DNA of 37,643 nt from an uncultured virus (IMG/VR IMGVR_UViG_3300011815_000001) (lineage: Duplodnaviria; Heunggongvirae; Uroviricota; Caudoviricetes), in IMG/VR virus record IMGVR_UViG_3300011815_000001, one strand, 5' to 3'. Positions 1 through 9,130 of the stretch are shown one piece after another. Position 1 is the stretch's first letter; every line of letters begins with the position of its first letter. The position numbers and the translations under genes were made by a program. The notes under the pieces are model-generated. The model ran no database searches, was not told the origin of the DNA, and was given only the letters and a program-made list of their open reading frames with translations.

Positions 1-280
1 GTGTCAAGTATTCATTTAAAGTAGGATGCCACTCAGATGCTAGGACAGGATTAATAGAAGCTAATGAATTTATATGATTAACTTTCTGTCCTGCACAATA
101 TGGACAGTTAGTTCCATTCACTCTGGAGTAAATCCTTGAGTCAAATCCACTGTTGCATCTTCCACATCTCCACCTTGCATCTCTATCCATACCTTTAGTC
201 ATTTTCCATATATCAAAACCTAGGTCATCGTTCTTTTGAAAATCCCATTCAATCCACAGCTCAGGTCTCACCTTTAACAT
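1..280 (-). CDS. Zinc-ribbon repeat protein (DUF4379-like, often the N-terminus of a freestanding endonuclease), runs off the left edge
   Basis: Hand translation from ATG 280: MLKVRPELWIEWDFQKN...WRCGRC...CPYCAGQKVNHINSLASINPVLASEWHPTLN. This fits the P-L-xEW...WxC..C...CPYC repeat unit. The ORF track omits it. Confidence 0.7.
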   Translation of the reverse strand, partial: MLKVRPELWIEWDFQKNDDLGFDIWKMTKGMDRDARWRCGRCNSGFDSRIYSRVNGTNCPYCAGQKVNHINSLASINPVLASEWHPTLNEYLT

Positions 281-387
281 TGAGTTATCCTTAAGTTGTG
301 ATAATTTTCTAAATCTAACGTTTCTCCTGTTTGAATATTGATGAACTCTTTACACATGATGATTCCTCCATTTAGTTGATTGTTTTT

Positions 388-573
388 TTATTTCTTCATA
401 TATAACTCTTTATATATAACTATTGATGAATGTAGCTGTTCTGTATCATTAAAAATAAATACATTTCGTTTTGTTTCTTTCTTATTAGATGGCTTTAACT
501 TCTTTAGTACATAGCCTTCCATCATTAGCCATCCAGCTAGATGCTGATTAAAAATGATGAAGTCTTTCTCCAT
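388..573 (-). CDS. Small phage protein (DUF5659-like)
   Basis: GGAGG precedes MEKDF. The pattern IIFNQHLAGWLMMEGY...KRNVFIF is typical of this small Firmicute phage family. Confidence 0.55.
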   Translation of the reverse strand: MEKDFIIFNQHLAGWLMMEGYVLKKLKPSNKKETKRNVFIFNDTEQLHSSIVIYKELYMKK

Positions 574-593
574 TTTGATGACCTCCATTTATA

Positions 594-1151
594 TTACTTA
601 TAATATTTTTTCTCAATATCTCCCATAGTACCCATATGAATTCGCAAATTGTCAAAGTGATCTTGGTGTAAACTATAATAAACGTTTTCTTTTTTATAAA
701 TATATTGTAAAGCGTATTCAGCCATTTTTTCTGCATCATATTTCATATCAATAAAGTTTTCATGCATAATTTTATCTCTTTCTGTAATAGGTGTTATATC
801 AAAAGATTGTGAATATGTTAGAAAACTAATAGTTTTAGAAATCAAATCTTCTTTATTACTTTCAGTGACGTTTTTATCATGAATGGTTTTATAAGTTGAC
901 CTATTAAATTCCATCATCTTTTCAATATAACTTTTTAATAAGATGAAATATGCGTCTTCAAATTTAATATCACTTTCTACTGAACCATCCTTGCTTTTAA
1001 GAACAGCTTCACTTAGCACAGTATTATCACTATTTGCAATTGCGTAATCATTATAAACAATCACACCAATTCCCAAGCAAGCAACACTCACGAGACTTAT
1101 CAGAACAATTATCAATTTATTCTTTTTCTTCTTTACATTTCCACTTTCCAT
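594..1151 (-). CDS. Single-pass membrane-anchored protein (moron-like)
   Basis: Lysine-rich N-terminus followed by the hydrophobic helix LIIVLISLVSVACLGIGVIVY. AGGAG SD. AT-rich spacer upstream. Confidence 0.65.
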   Translation of the reverse strand: MESGNVKKKKNKLIIVLISLVSVACLGIGVIVYNDYAIANSDNTVLSEAVLKSKDGSVESDIKFEDAYFILLKSYIEKMMEFNRSTYKTIHDKNVTESNKEDLISKTISFLTYSQSFDITPITERDKIMHENFIDMKYDAEKMAEYALQYIYKKENVYYSLHQDHFDNLRIHMGTMGDIEKKYYK

Positions 1152-1311
1152 AATATCGACTCCTTGTTAATATCTGTATTTAAATTAATTCTATCTTATA
1201 CAGTATATTACCACAAGTTGCAATATTATTCACAATAATTTGAATTATTTAATATTAATTTATAAAATACTCAATGTTCCGTCCAAATAATCAGACGGAG
1301 TTATCAGTATT

Positions 1312-1818
1312 TTATTTAGTTTTAACATCAAATCCAAGCTCTTTCAAGTCTTTTCTTAAAGCCTCTACTAGCTCACCCTTATTTTGATTCATATCCGAAA
1401 TTGTATCACTTATGAATTCACGTTTATCCGACACGATTCTCCCATAAGCATCCATTGCATCAGGGTTATCCCAATTATCTCTAACACCATTTTCAAACAT
1501 ATCAGTAAGTGTTTTACCAGCCATGCTATCATTACCTGTATTCATATTCTCAAGTTTAATCAATAAGCCATTACCCGTATCATTTATATCAGTAAATTGG
1601 ATTCCAGTTGGATCAGAGAATCCACCAGCATCTCCTCGACGATTATATTCACTAGGAGTAAATCCTCCATATACATTTTCCTTGATACGTTCACTCATCA
1701 TTTCAGCAGATTTATCTTGTAGATGAGACGTGAAAAATTTATTGTCATTAAACTGAGCTTTTAATACATTTTCTAATTCCTTAAGATTCTTAACTTGAAT
1801 TTTAGCCACTAGTAACAC
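1312..1818 (-). CDS. Hypothetical virion or tail-associated protein
   Basis: 168-aa ORF in the structural gene run, 3 nt after the stop of the upstream gene. Confidence 0.55.
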   Translation of the reverse strand: MLLVAKIQVKNLKELENVLKAQFNDNKFFTSHLQDKSAEMMSERIKENVYGGFTPSEYNRRGDAGGFSDPTGIQFTDINDTGNGLLIKLENMNTGNDSMAGKTLTDMFENGVRDNWDNPDAMDAYGRIVSDKREFISDTISDMNQNKGELVEALRKDLKELGFDVKTK

Positions 1819-1821
1819 GTC

Positions 1822-2439
1822 CTAGTTAATGTTGTTATTCTTGAATTCCTTCAATTGTTCTTCTACACGATTTTTAAGTAGGGGAGTCTGCAATACTTCA
1901 GATAATTCCTCTAGTTGTTTTTCCTTTAGACTACTTAAACGGATAGCACCTTCTAAAGCTTTATCGACTGCTTGATGCACACGAATGACCTCTTCATTAT
2001 CAAAAACCTCTTCAAATAACATTTTAAAATAATTTAATTTACGTAATTGTTCAATTGTAACGATGTTTTCTTCAAGGGAATCGGATAGGATAGTATTTAA
2101 ATTTGTGAAATATTTAATAATGAGGAAGTTGATATATGTAACCATCATTTGATAGTTGGTAAAGAAACCTAATGATTTTTCAGCATCATATTGAATGTGC
2201 GTACCTAATTCTTGAATGAGCAGTTCAATTTTAGTTTCGCTGAACACTTCATTATATTTAATCACTTCATTAGTTTCTTTGTTAACAACGTGGACTGAGT
2301 AGTCATCAATTTTAGAGGCTTGCTTAAGTAGGGAGTCAACTGTGACTACTTTTTGACGTGGTTTTTTAGGTGAAGATTTAGCAGTTTTTGTAGTCTTATT
2401 ATTTTTTTCTGTCATATGTAACATTCTCCTTTTATTCAT
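1822..2439 (-). CDS. Hypothetical protein, possibly a tail assembly chaperone
   Basis: 205-aa helical ORF in the tail region. The AGGAG SD favours the internal MTEKNN start. Confidence 0.55.
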   Translation of the reverse strand: MNKRRMLHMTEKNNKTTKTAKSSPKKPRQKVVTVDSLLKQASKIDDYSVHVVNKETNEVIKYNEVFSETKIELLIQELGTHIQYDAEKSLGFFTNYQMMVTYINFLIIKYFTNLNTILSDSLEENIVTIEQLRKLNYFKMLFEEVFDNEEVIRVHQAVDKALEGAIRLSSLKEKQLEELSEVLQTPLLKNRVEEQLKEFKNNNIN

Positions 2440-2522
2440 TTTGGTGATTTGGTGAGGTAGGGAAGGGTGAAACTTATGTAATATTGATTAAAATTTCCAA
2501 ATAAAATTGTAGATTTATTGGG

Positions 2523-3563
2523 TTAGAAAAGTCCATCTAAATCATCATCATCTTCACGTAAATCATAGAAATTCTGGGTCGTGCTAATATCCGCATGACC
2601 TAACAATTTACTCACTGATTTAATGTCAGCGCCCTCAGATAAAGCGATTGTGGCTCTACTACCGCGGAGGAGGTGAACATTAACTCTACGATTTGCGATG
2701 TCGCTGATTATGTCTGTGAACCAATAGTTTAGTGCAGAGACATCAACTTGTCTGACTTCACCTCTATATCTGGATACGAAAATATAAGGATTATCATCTT
2801 CGCCACGAACCTCTAACCATTTTTTAATTGCAACAATGGATTCTTCGTCAATAATAATAGGTCGTATATTGCCTTGCTCACCTTTACCTTTTGTTCGGAT
2901 AGGGGCTGTTTTGTACATTTTAGTTGGATTACCGTCTTTATCTAATATAGGCTCAGAATGAATTACGTCTTTCTTTAGCTGAATTAGCTCAGAGCGACGA
3001 CAAGCTGATGCATATAAAATCTTAATAGCGGCTAAAATTTGTAATTGACCATCTTCTTCTAATGTTTCACAGATTAGTTGATACTCATCTTTACTGAGTG
3101 CTACTTTATTGTAAACTTTATTAGGGGATGGATTTTGCACCCCTTCTACAAAGTTTCTGAAAGTCTTGAAATCATCCTCATCTTCATAAAAATTAATCAG
3201 ATACTTGTTTAAAGATGAAATAGAGCTTCGCTTCATTTTAATACCATTAGAAGAAACGCCTCGTCTTACCAAACTATTTTGGAATCGCATAAAGTCTTTC
3301 TTTTTAATTTCAAAAACCTTTTTGTTATTAAGTGTTTCGTATACCCAATAATAAAATTCTCGCAATGCTGATTTATATTGGATTGCTGAACGAGGGGAGA
3401 GGTGAGTAGATTCTTCTAGAAATTCATTTACTAGGTTTCGGTTAAACGGATTTACTTTATCCCACATTTCCTCAGTTACTGGTTTATTCTTGGTAGCTCG
3501 ATCACGTAGTTGATTAGTTTCGAATTCTTTGCTGTTTAGTTCTTCTGTCATTATGTATATCAT
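2523..3563 (-). CDS. Tyrosine recombinase/integrase (SPbeta YomM-like position in the tail cluster)
   Basis: Catalytic set R (CRRSE), K (RTKGKG), HxxR (HLLR), H (LLGH), Y (QNFY), plus an N-terminal SAM-like domain. Confidence 0.9.
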   Translation of the reverse strand: MIYIMTEELNSKEFETNQLRDRATKNKPVTEEMWDKVNPFNRNLVNEFLEESTHLSPRSAIQYKSALREFYYWVYETLNNKKVFEIKKKDFMRFQNSLVRRGVSSNGIKMKRSSISSLNKYLINFYEDEDDFKTFRNFVEGVQNPSPNKVYNKVALSKDEYQLICETLEEDGQLQILAAIKILYASACRRSELIQLKKDVIHSEPILDKDGNPTKMYKTAPIRTKGKGEQGNIRPIIIDEESIVAIKKWLEVRGEDDNPYIFVSRYRGEVRQVDVSALNYWFTDIISDIANRRVNVHLLRGSRATIALSEGADIKSVSKLLGHADISTTQNFYDLREDDDDLDGLF

Positions 3564-3580
3564 CCTTTCTTACAATATAT

Positions 3581-3609
3581 AAAAAAGAGATGACTAAATC
3601 TGTCATCTC
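3581..3609 (-). terminator. Intrinsic terminator after the GIY-YIG gene
   Basis: Minus strand reads GAGATGAC-agattta-GTCATCTC-TTTTTT. Confidence 0.75.
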
Positions 3610-3613
3610 AGTG

Positions 3614-4678
3614 CTATACAGCTTTAAATGTATTATTATTAATTACGTTTTCCTCTATAGGGATTCCCGCTAAAATATAAGCATTTATTAAATTACCGAA
3701 ACGATTAGTATAAAAACTCGTTGAACGAGTAATATCGCTTTTATCAATTGTTCTAGATGTAATGTAACCATCAATGTTATATAGCTCTTTTAGTTTAAGT
3801 AACGAATCTGCATTCTCTTTTTGTTTAAGTGACTCTTTGTCAAAATTGAATTCACACTTTAAATTCTCCATAGACTTGTAATGCCTCATTACAACAGAAA
3901 CTGATGGGAGGTTGTTATTTTTAGTATCTTTTAATTCGATGTGATTTGGGAATCTTCCATGCGTTTTAATAAAATCTTTAAATTTTAAATACACATCCTG
4001 TTTACTATATTCTTTTCTCTCATACAACTTCTTATTTCCAACAAAATCAAATAAATCGGATTCAATTAATGCATTTTTAAAACTGCCAAATTGGTCAATG
4101 TAAACATTATATGATGGATATTGGATATTATTTGCAAAGTCTCTTTGTGATGGAGTTCTGCCTTCTGTATAATAAAACTCTTGCATAAATGATACTAGTT
4201 CGTCTTTGACATACTTTCTATTTGCATTACCGATTTTACTTTTAGTTTCCTCATTAAAAATAAAGCGTTCAACACTTGTGTCTGGCATATTCTTATTGTA
4301 TCCGAATTCTTTTTTATGAGAGCCATAAAAATTAATCCAGTACAACTCTCTACTAGTTAGTGCTTCGACTTCACATTCTTCAATAATAGAAAAACCGAAA
4401 TGATGTAGTCCATGTAAATTGTATGCGCTCTGAAGATGTTCGTTTCCGTGTTCATTTTTTAATAAAAGTCTTTTATGCTCAGATAGACGTTTCTTTAAAT
4501 CGACGCTTTGACCAATATATACTTTATTGTTAATTAAATTAGTTATTTTATAAATACCTGATACTCTTTTTGGTGAATAGTCCTGTTTGCAAATATCGCA
4601 ATACTTTCTATTGTGAGTAGTTTTATTAAACGAATTTATTCCACATTTTTCACACATTTTCTTTTCCATATGTATCAT
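3614..4678 (-). CDS. Freestanding GIY-YIG homing endonuclease with an N-terminal Zn finger and about three C-terminal homing-endonuclease-associated repeats
   Basis: SGIYKITNLINNKVYIGQS, R (KKRL), E (SRELYWI) and GYN motifs. CxxC...CxxC at the N-terminus. Repeated GRTP/GRFP...PS...FG units. The start may be 4669. Confidence 0.88.
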   Translation of the reverse strand: MIHMEKKMCEKCGINSFNKTTHNRKYCDICKQDYSPKRVSGIYKITNLINNKVYIGQSVDLKKRLSEHKRLLLKNEHGNEHLQSAYNLHGLHHFGFSIIEECEVEALTSRELYWINFYGSHKKEFGYNKNMPDTSVERFIFNEETKSKIGNANRKYVKDELVSFMQEFYYTEGRTPSQRDFANNIQYPSYNVYIDQFGSFKNALIESDLFDFVGNKKLYERKEYSKQDVYLKFKDFIKTHGRFPNHIELKDTKNNNLPSVSVVMRHYKSMENLKCEFNFDKESLKQKENADSLLKLKELYNIDGYITSRTIDKSDITRSTSFYTNRFGNLINAYILAGIPIEENVINNNTFKAV

Positions 4679-4871
4679 ATCCCTTGTAGATTATTTTCCC
4701 CATTTTATATACAAAGAAAGGATAGCTAGGGAATTGCTATCCTTATCGATTGAGTTAATTAGGCTCAATCTATTCTCAGTGAATAGTTTTTTCTATTCTT
4801 TAAATCTACCTATACGAAATGCGAATAAACTTAAAGAATAGAAAAAATCAATTAATGATTCTTCTATTCCA

Positions 4872-4900
4872 AATATACAGTTAAATTAAGTAATTGTCAA
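4872..4900 (-). promoter_or_regulatory. sigmaA-type promoter for the endonuclease
   Basis: TTGACA (4900-4895), 17 bp, TATATT (4877-4872). Confidence 0.7.
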
Positions 4901-4954
4901 TGGTTTATTTAATATTAATTATTAAACTCAATATATAACCCCAATGATGTTGAA

Positions 4955-5692
4955 TTATGTACGAGGTACAAACATAATTTTACCGATTTCATCTTCTCCA
5001 AGTGGGTTAAGAGCTGAGAAGTTGATTTCAGGAGTGTAAACTGAACCATTTTCTAATGAAATATCGAACTCACCAGAAGGTAGTGTCTCAGGGAAAATGA
5101 AATACACATCTGCAACAACTTTAGCGGTTTCAACGTCATATGCGATAGTTTTATAAGTCACTGCATATTTAGTCGAGAACTTAGTTGCATCAATAGATAC
5201 TGACTGCCCTGTAACTTCCTCTTTCCAGAATACGAAAGTAGTGTCGCCTTCAGCTAAATCAGAGCCTACTGGAACAGTAATTACGTTAGTAGTAACTGCA
5301 ACTACCTCTTGTGAGCCATCCTTGTCATTTAGACGAGCTGTTGTTAATCCTGCTTTTGCCGTCTTAAGAGTGATTTCTAAAGTTCCTCCATTATCCACTA
5401 CAGTTACTTTTTCTGATTTTGTTACAGTTGCAGTTCCTGCTTGATCTACCTCTACACCTTGAGTCATTGCCCAATACTCTAAATCTGCCACCGCCGACCT
5501 CATAGACAGGTCGATGCTCTTGTCACTACGGATTTTAAAAAGCTTTTTGTTCCCAATGCCTCCCCGTAAGTCTTCTTCACTGATAGAACCTGCTACTCCA
5601 GCTAATTGCGCTTCAGCGTTTAATACAATTTTACCACTAACTAACGACTCGATTGTAACATCTGCCGTATCTTGAATTACTACTTTACCCAT
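4955..5692 (-). CDS. Major tail tube protein (YomU-like)
   Basis: 245 aa, beta-rich and acidic, with codon usage typical of high expression, GGAGG SD, and a position after the head-completion genes. Confidence 0.65.
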   Translation of the reverse strand: MGKVVIQDTADVTIESLVSGKIVLNAEAQLAGVAGSISEEDLRGGIGNKKLFKIRSDKSIDLSMRSAVADLEYWAMTQGVEVDQAGTATVTKSEKVTVVDNGGTLEITLKTAKAGLTTARLNDKDGSQEVVAVTTNVITVPVGSDLAEGDTTFVFWKEEVTGQSVSIDATKFSTKYAVTYKTIAYDVETAKVVADVYFIFPETLPSGEFDISLENGSVYTPEINFSALNPLGEDEIGKIMFVPRT

Positions 5693-5723
5693 TTTTAAAT
5701 TCCTCCGTTATGTAATATTTATT

Positions 5724-6455
5724 TTATATGTCAAATAAACCACCGAATTGAGATTTAAACTCATTTTCGGATAGAGTATCTGATTTCTGTTCGAATAAGT
5801 CTATGTGCTTATTCCATAGCTCTATATTTACTTTTTCAGCTACTGTTGAGAACAATGTAGAAGTTTGGTAGTTGAAGATTGCTCCTATTCGAGCATAAAT
5901 TGCATACACCTGCATTACATTCATGTTACAAACATCTTCAAAACTATTACTTGTTGAAGCTATAATAGATGTAACAATATCTACAAATGATTGTTTCTCT
6001 GATTCAGTCTGCTTAACTCGCCTGCTACGTTCAATTGCTTTTTGAATTTCTTCATTTGGGGACACCTCAGACTCTATTGTGACATTCATATCCAGTATCA
6101 ATTTTCTCATTTGCATAAAAACATCATTATCTGCAAATATTTCATTTACACTAGTATTTTCTTTGAAGTCAATTAAAGTCTTAAATATATCCTCATATGT
6201 ACTCTTAAATTGAGAGATGTCCATTACAATCTGTAGCAGAGGAATTTCTTTTAATTTTTGTAACTCTTCTAATTCATCTTTAGTGATATTTTTATCTGCG
6301 TCTCTAAAGTAATAGTAAATATGTAAAGAGTTCATAGACATGAGACTTAGCTGAGATTGTCTAGTTAGATATTCACGATAAGTTAAGAACCTAGTCTTGC
6401 CAAAAATAGTTTCAATAGGTTCACCAAATATAAAAAAGTCTCTGTTGTATTCCAT
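5724..6455 (-). CDS. SPbeta YomV-like protein
   Basis: 243-aa ORF starting FFIFGEPI, directly upstream of the tail tube gene. Confidence 0.55.
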   Translation of the reverse strand: MEYNRDFFIFGEPIETIFGKTRFLTYREYLTRQSQLSLMSMNSLHIYYYFRDADKNITKDELEELQKLKEIPLLQIVMDISQFKSTYEDIFKTLIDFKENTSVNEIFADNDVFMQMRKLILDMNVTIESEVSPNEEIQKAIERSRRVKQTESEKQSFVDIVTSIIASTSNSFEDVCNMNVMQVYAIYARIGAIFNYQTSTLFSTVAEKVNIELWNKHIDLFEQKSDTLSENEFKSQFGGLFDI

Positions 6456-6456
6456 T

Positions 6457-6993
6457 TTATATCACACCTTTTGTATTTATTAGCAACGACAATACAAGTT
6501 CAGATGTACGATAGCCGAGAGGGGCTTCATACTCATTTACACCAACTAATTCAATCGTTCCAAGTCCTGCAATTTCTGACTCTCTTATTAATGCTTTTTT
6601 GATTGCACTAATTATTCGTTCGATACGAGAGTCTTTTTCAAACACCTCATGAGCAAAAACTCTAAATTTAACCTCTTGTTTGGAAAAGAAATGATTCCTA
6701 AACAAAGGGCGTTCTCTACCTGCATACATGTAAACTAAAACAATAGCGTCATTCTCAATATCAGTTCTTTTGATTCCTCTACGAAATCTTTCCTCTACCA
6801 ATTTCCAATATTCTTCACTGTCTTCATCTACTACATTTGCAAGCGCATCATAATCCAATGGATCAGGATGAATTGTATTAGTTCCTGCATCTCGACCTTT
6901 AGGTTTGTATTTTAAAAGCCTCATGAAATCTTCATCATTAATTAAAACAATTTCAATGTTATCTAGGAATTCTTTAATTGTGGGATTAGACAT
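6457..6993 (-). CDS. Tail terminator/completion protein (YomW-like)
   Basis: 178-aa ORF overlapping the upstream gene. Assigned by synteny. Confidence 0.5.
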   Translation of the reverse strand: MSNPTIKEFLDNIEIVLINDEDFMRLLKYKPKGRDAGTNTIHPDPLDYDALANVVDEDSEEYWKLVEERFRRGIKRTDIENDAIVLVYMYAGRERPLFRNHFFSKQEVKFRVFAHEVFEKDSRIERIISAIKKALIRESEIAGLGTIELVGVNEYEAPLGYRTSELVLSLLINTKGVI

Positions 6994-7669
6994 TTGTATT
7001 TGCCTCCCTTTGTAGACGAATTTCTACATAGCCTTTTTTAACATCACCAAAATAAACAACATTTTGATAGATTAAGTCTGTGACTTTATATTGAGACTGT
7101 TCATACGTGATCTTTTGATTTAATTCGGGTAGTGGGTCGTTAATTACATATGGTAATAATACGGACATTGATCCATCGGGAAGGGGGACTGAAGAGTTAT
7201 CTGCTGTGGAATAAATTTTAGCTGTCATGACACAGGGTTTTGTAATCGTTACTGTTTCAGATTTATAAATAGGTCTACCATTAGACTCTTTGCCAATTAC
7301 TTGAGTTTTATCGTAAATAGTTTCAGTTTTAACAGGGATACTAAAATTACATAGTTGAGCAGTTGCTAATGGGTGAGTATCACTTGTGTTAGCGCCAATG
7401 ACCAAATAAGTGAATCCATCAAATCCAATGTAATCGCCTTTATAAATTTTAGTGTCAGGAGTAAATAAGAATTTGCGGATTTCGTATGTGTTAATATCAC
7501 GAGGAATACACATATACCGATTAGTCTCATCTAAATTCAAATAAACATCAGCACGTAGGGGAGAGGTTGTAATTTCTTTCAGTTGAGAACGTTTAGTAGT
7601 TAATTTAGTTGAATCTACAATATTTCCACCATTAGCTCTCATTCGTTCTCTATATGATTCATAAGACAA
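6986..7669 (-). CDS. Head closure/completion protein (YomX-like)
   Basis: 227-aa beta-rich ORF. Assigned by synteny. Confidence 0.5.
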   Translation of the reverse strand: MSYESYRERMRANGGNIVDSTKLTTKRSQLKEITTSPLRADVYLNLDETNRYMCIPRDINTYEIRKFLFTPDTKIYKGDYIGFDGFTYLVIGANTSDTHPLATAQLCNFSIPVKTETIYDKTQVIGKESNGRPIYKSETVTITKPCVMTAKIYSTADNSSVPLPDGSMSVLLPYVINDPLPELNQKITYEQSQYKVTDLIYQNVVYFGDVKKGYVEIRLQREANTNV

Positions 7670-7673
7670 TTCC

Positions 7674-8000
7674 TCACATCCTTTTGTTGATATTATTAAT
7701 TTGATTCTGAATTAATCCTGTACTCTCAAACATTAATTTCTTTATTTTCTTGTGGCTATTGTTTAGCTTAGATAATGATTCTAATTGTTTTAAATTACCC
7801 AATACATCAACGTACCAGTCTCCATGTGGAAGAGGTTCAATGATTTCTTTTACGAATATTAACTTGTCAATTGTACTGTCAATGTAATCACATAAATACG
7901 CATTTTCTTCTTCATATAGTGGGAGTATTTTAAAAATAGACTTTTGTAAAGTTTTTAAGTAGCTCATGTAATCAGCTAGTGAAACATTGTAATCTCTCAT
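7674..8000 (-). CDS. Hypothetical protein (YomY-like)
   Basis: 108-aa ORF with an ATGA overlap to the upstream gene. Confidence 0.5.
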   Translation of the reverse strand: MRDYNVSLADYMSYLKTLQKSIFKILPLYEEENAYLCDYIDSTIDKLIFVKEIIEPLPHGDWYVDVLGNLKQLESLSKLNNSHKKIKKLMFESTGLIQNQINNINKRM

Positions 8001-8434
8001 TTGCTTTTACCAAACCATTCTTTAAAATTCTTTACGCTATATGATTGAAGAGTAATGATGCGAGAAACTTCTAAACTAAGACTTTCTTTCAATTGCCTTA
8101 ATTCTTTTAGATGATTGGCAGGGGAGTAAACACTATAGTCTTTTAAACTAAGTTTTTGCTTAAGTAAAGTTTCGTCTAGTAAGTAAGGGTTAATATATTC
8201 AATAGTCATTAATTTGGATAAGATAACTTTTTCAGTTGAATCTAAATCAGATACAAATACACCACTCTCTAAATCAAACGTTAAGTCTGACTTAGGATTT
8301 GGATATCCAGCAAGTCCATTGATAAGCCACTTTTTCATATTGTCATCTAATGTAATATCATCTAATTCAGCTAAACTATAGTCTGTGATGTTTGAAAGGA
8401 ATAATCCGAAAATATCTGAAAAGGGTGTTGCCAT
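7997..8434 (-). CDS. Head-tail adaptor (YomZ-like)
   Basis: MATPFSDIF start and a C-terminal KDY..YSPANHL motif, two genes after the capsid. Confidence 0.6.
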   Translation of the reverse strand: MATPFSDIFGLFLSNITDYSLAELDDITLDDNMKKWLINGLAGYPNPKSDLTFDLESGVFVSDLDSTEKVILSKLMTIEYINPYLLDETLLKQKLSLKDYSVYSPANHLKELRQLKESLSLEVSRIITLQSYSVKNFKEWFGKSK

Positions 8435-8454
8435 AAATAATCAACCCTTTCTAG

Positions 8455-9057
8455 TTATTTAATCAGGATTGATAAGTCAACATTTAAAAGAGTTTCAATT
8501 GTTTTAATTTTACGGAAGTCAACTAGTGTCTCATTCTCAATTAACTCTTTAGCTCGACTAATCACTGATTTCTTAACTCCATTTGGTAATTTAGGCAGTA
8601 ACTCTTGTAGCTCAAAATTAGACTTATCAAATAAATTATCTAATTCATCAACTGTGTATAAATTTTCATATAGTTTGCCAAGGTTTAAAATATCAATAAC
8701 TTCATCATCTTCAATAGCAATTAAGCAATCTTGAATAAATCGAGGGTATTGAGCTTTCATTGTGTTAATTTCACCATATGTAAGATACTCAATATCTCCG
8801 TAAGCACCCCATACATATTTTGAGTTTGTAGCCTTTGATACGTATACAAGTTTATGATTAGTTAATGATCGAACAGGGATTAACTCGTTTAATTCAATTT
8901 GATTAACCTTTTTACGAATAGATTTAGCCTCAGGCTTTACTTCTTCAACTACTTTAGTTTCTACCACTTCTGCTACTACGTCTTCTTTAATTGCTTCGGG
9001 CTTCGCAACAGTTTTACGTGTACGTGGAGCACGAGTTGTTTTTGCTTTTTCTGTCAT
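8455..9057 (-). CDS. YonA-like protein
   Basis: 200-aa ORF directly after the capsid gene, with a low-complexity N-terminus and AGGAG SD. Confidence 0.55.
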   Translation of the reverse strand: MTEKAKTTRAPRTRKTVAKPEAIKEDVVAEVVETKVVEEVKPEAKSIRKKVNQIELNELIPVRSLTNHKLVYVSKATNSKYVWGAYGDIEYLTYGEINTMKAQYPRFIQDCLIAIEDDEVIDILNLGKLYENLYTVDELDNLFDKSNFELQELLPKLPNGVKKSVISRAKELIENETLVDFRKIKTIETLLNVDLSILIK

Positions 9058-9096
9058 TATTAAATTCTCCTTTTATCAATTTATTATGTAATATTA

Positions 9097-9123
9097 AAAG
9101 AAGAGAGGGGATTAACCCTCTCT
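9097..9123 (-). terminator. Intrinsic terminator after the major capsid gene
   Basis: AGAGAGGG/CCCTCTCT stem followed by TCTTTT on the minus strand. Confidence 0.65.
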
Positions 9124-9130
9124 AAATTTA

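Noticed and set aside
4920..4975. Programmed frameshift extension of the tail tube protein
   Set aside because: No slippery site at the stop, and no downstream Ig-like reading frame before the endonuclease promoter.
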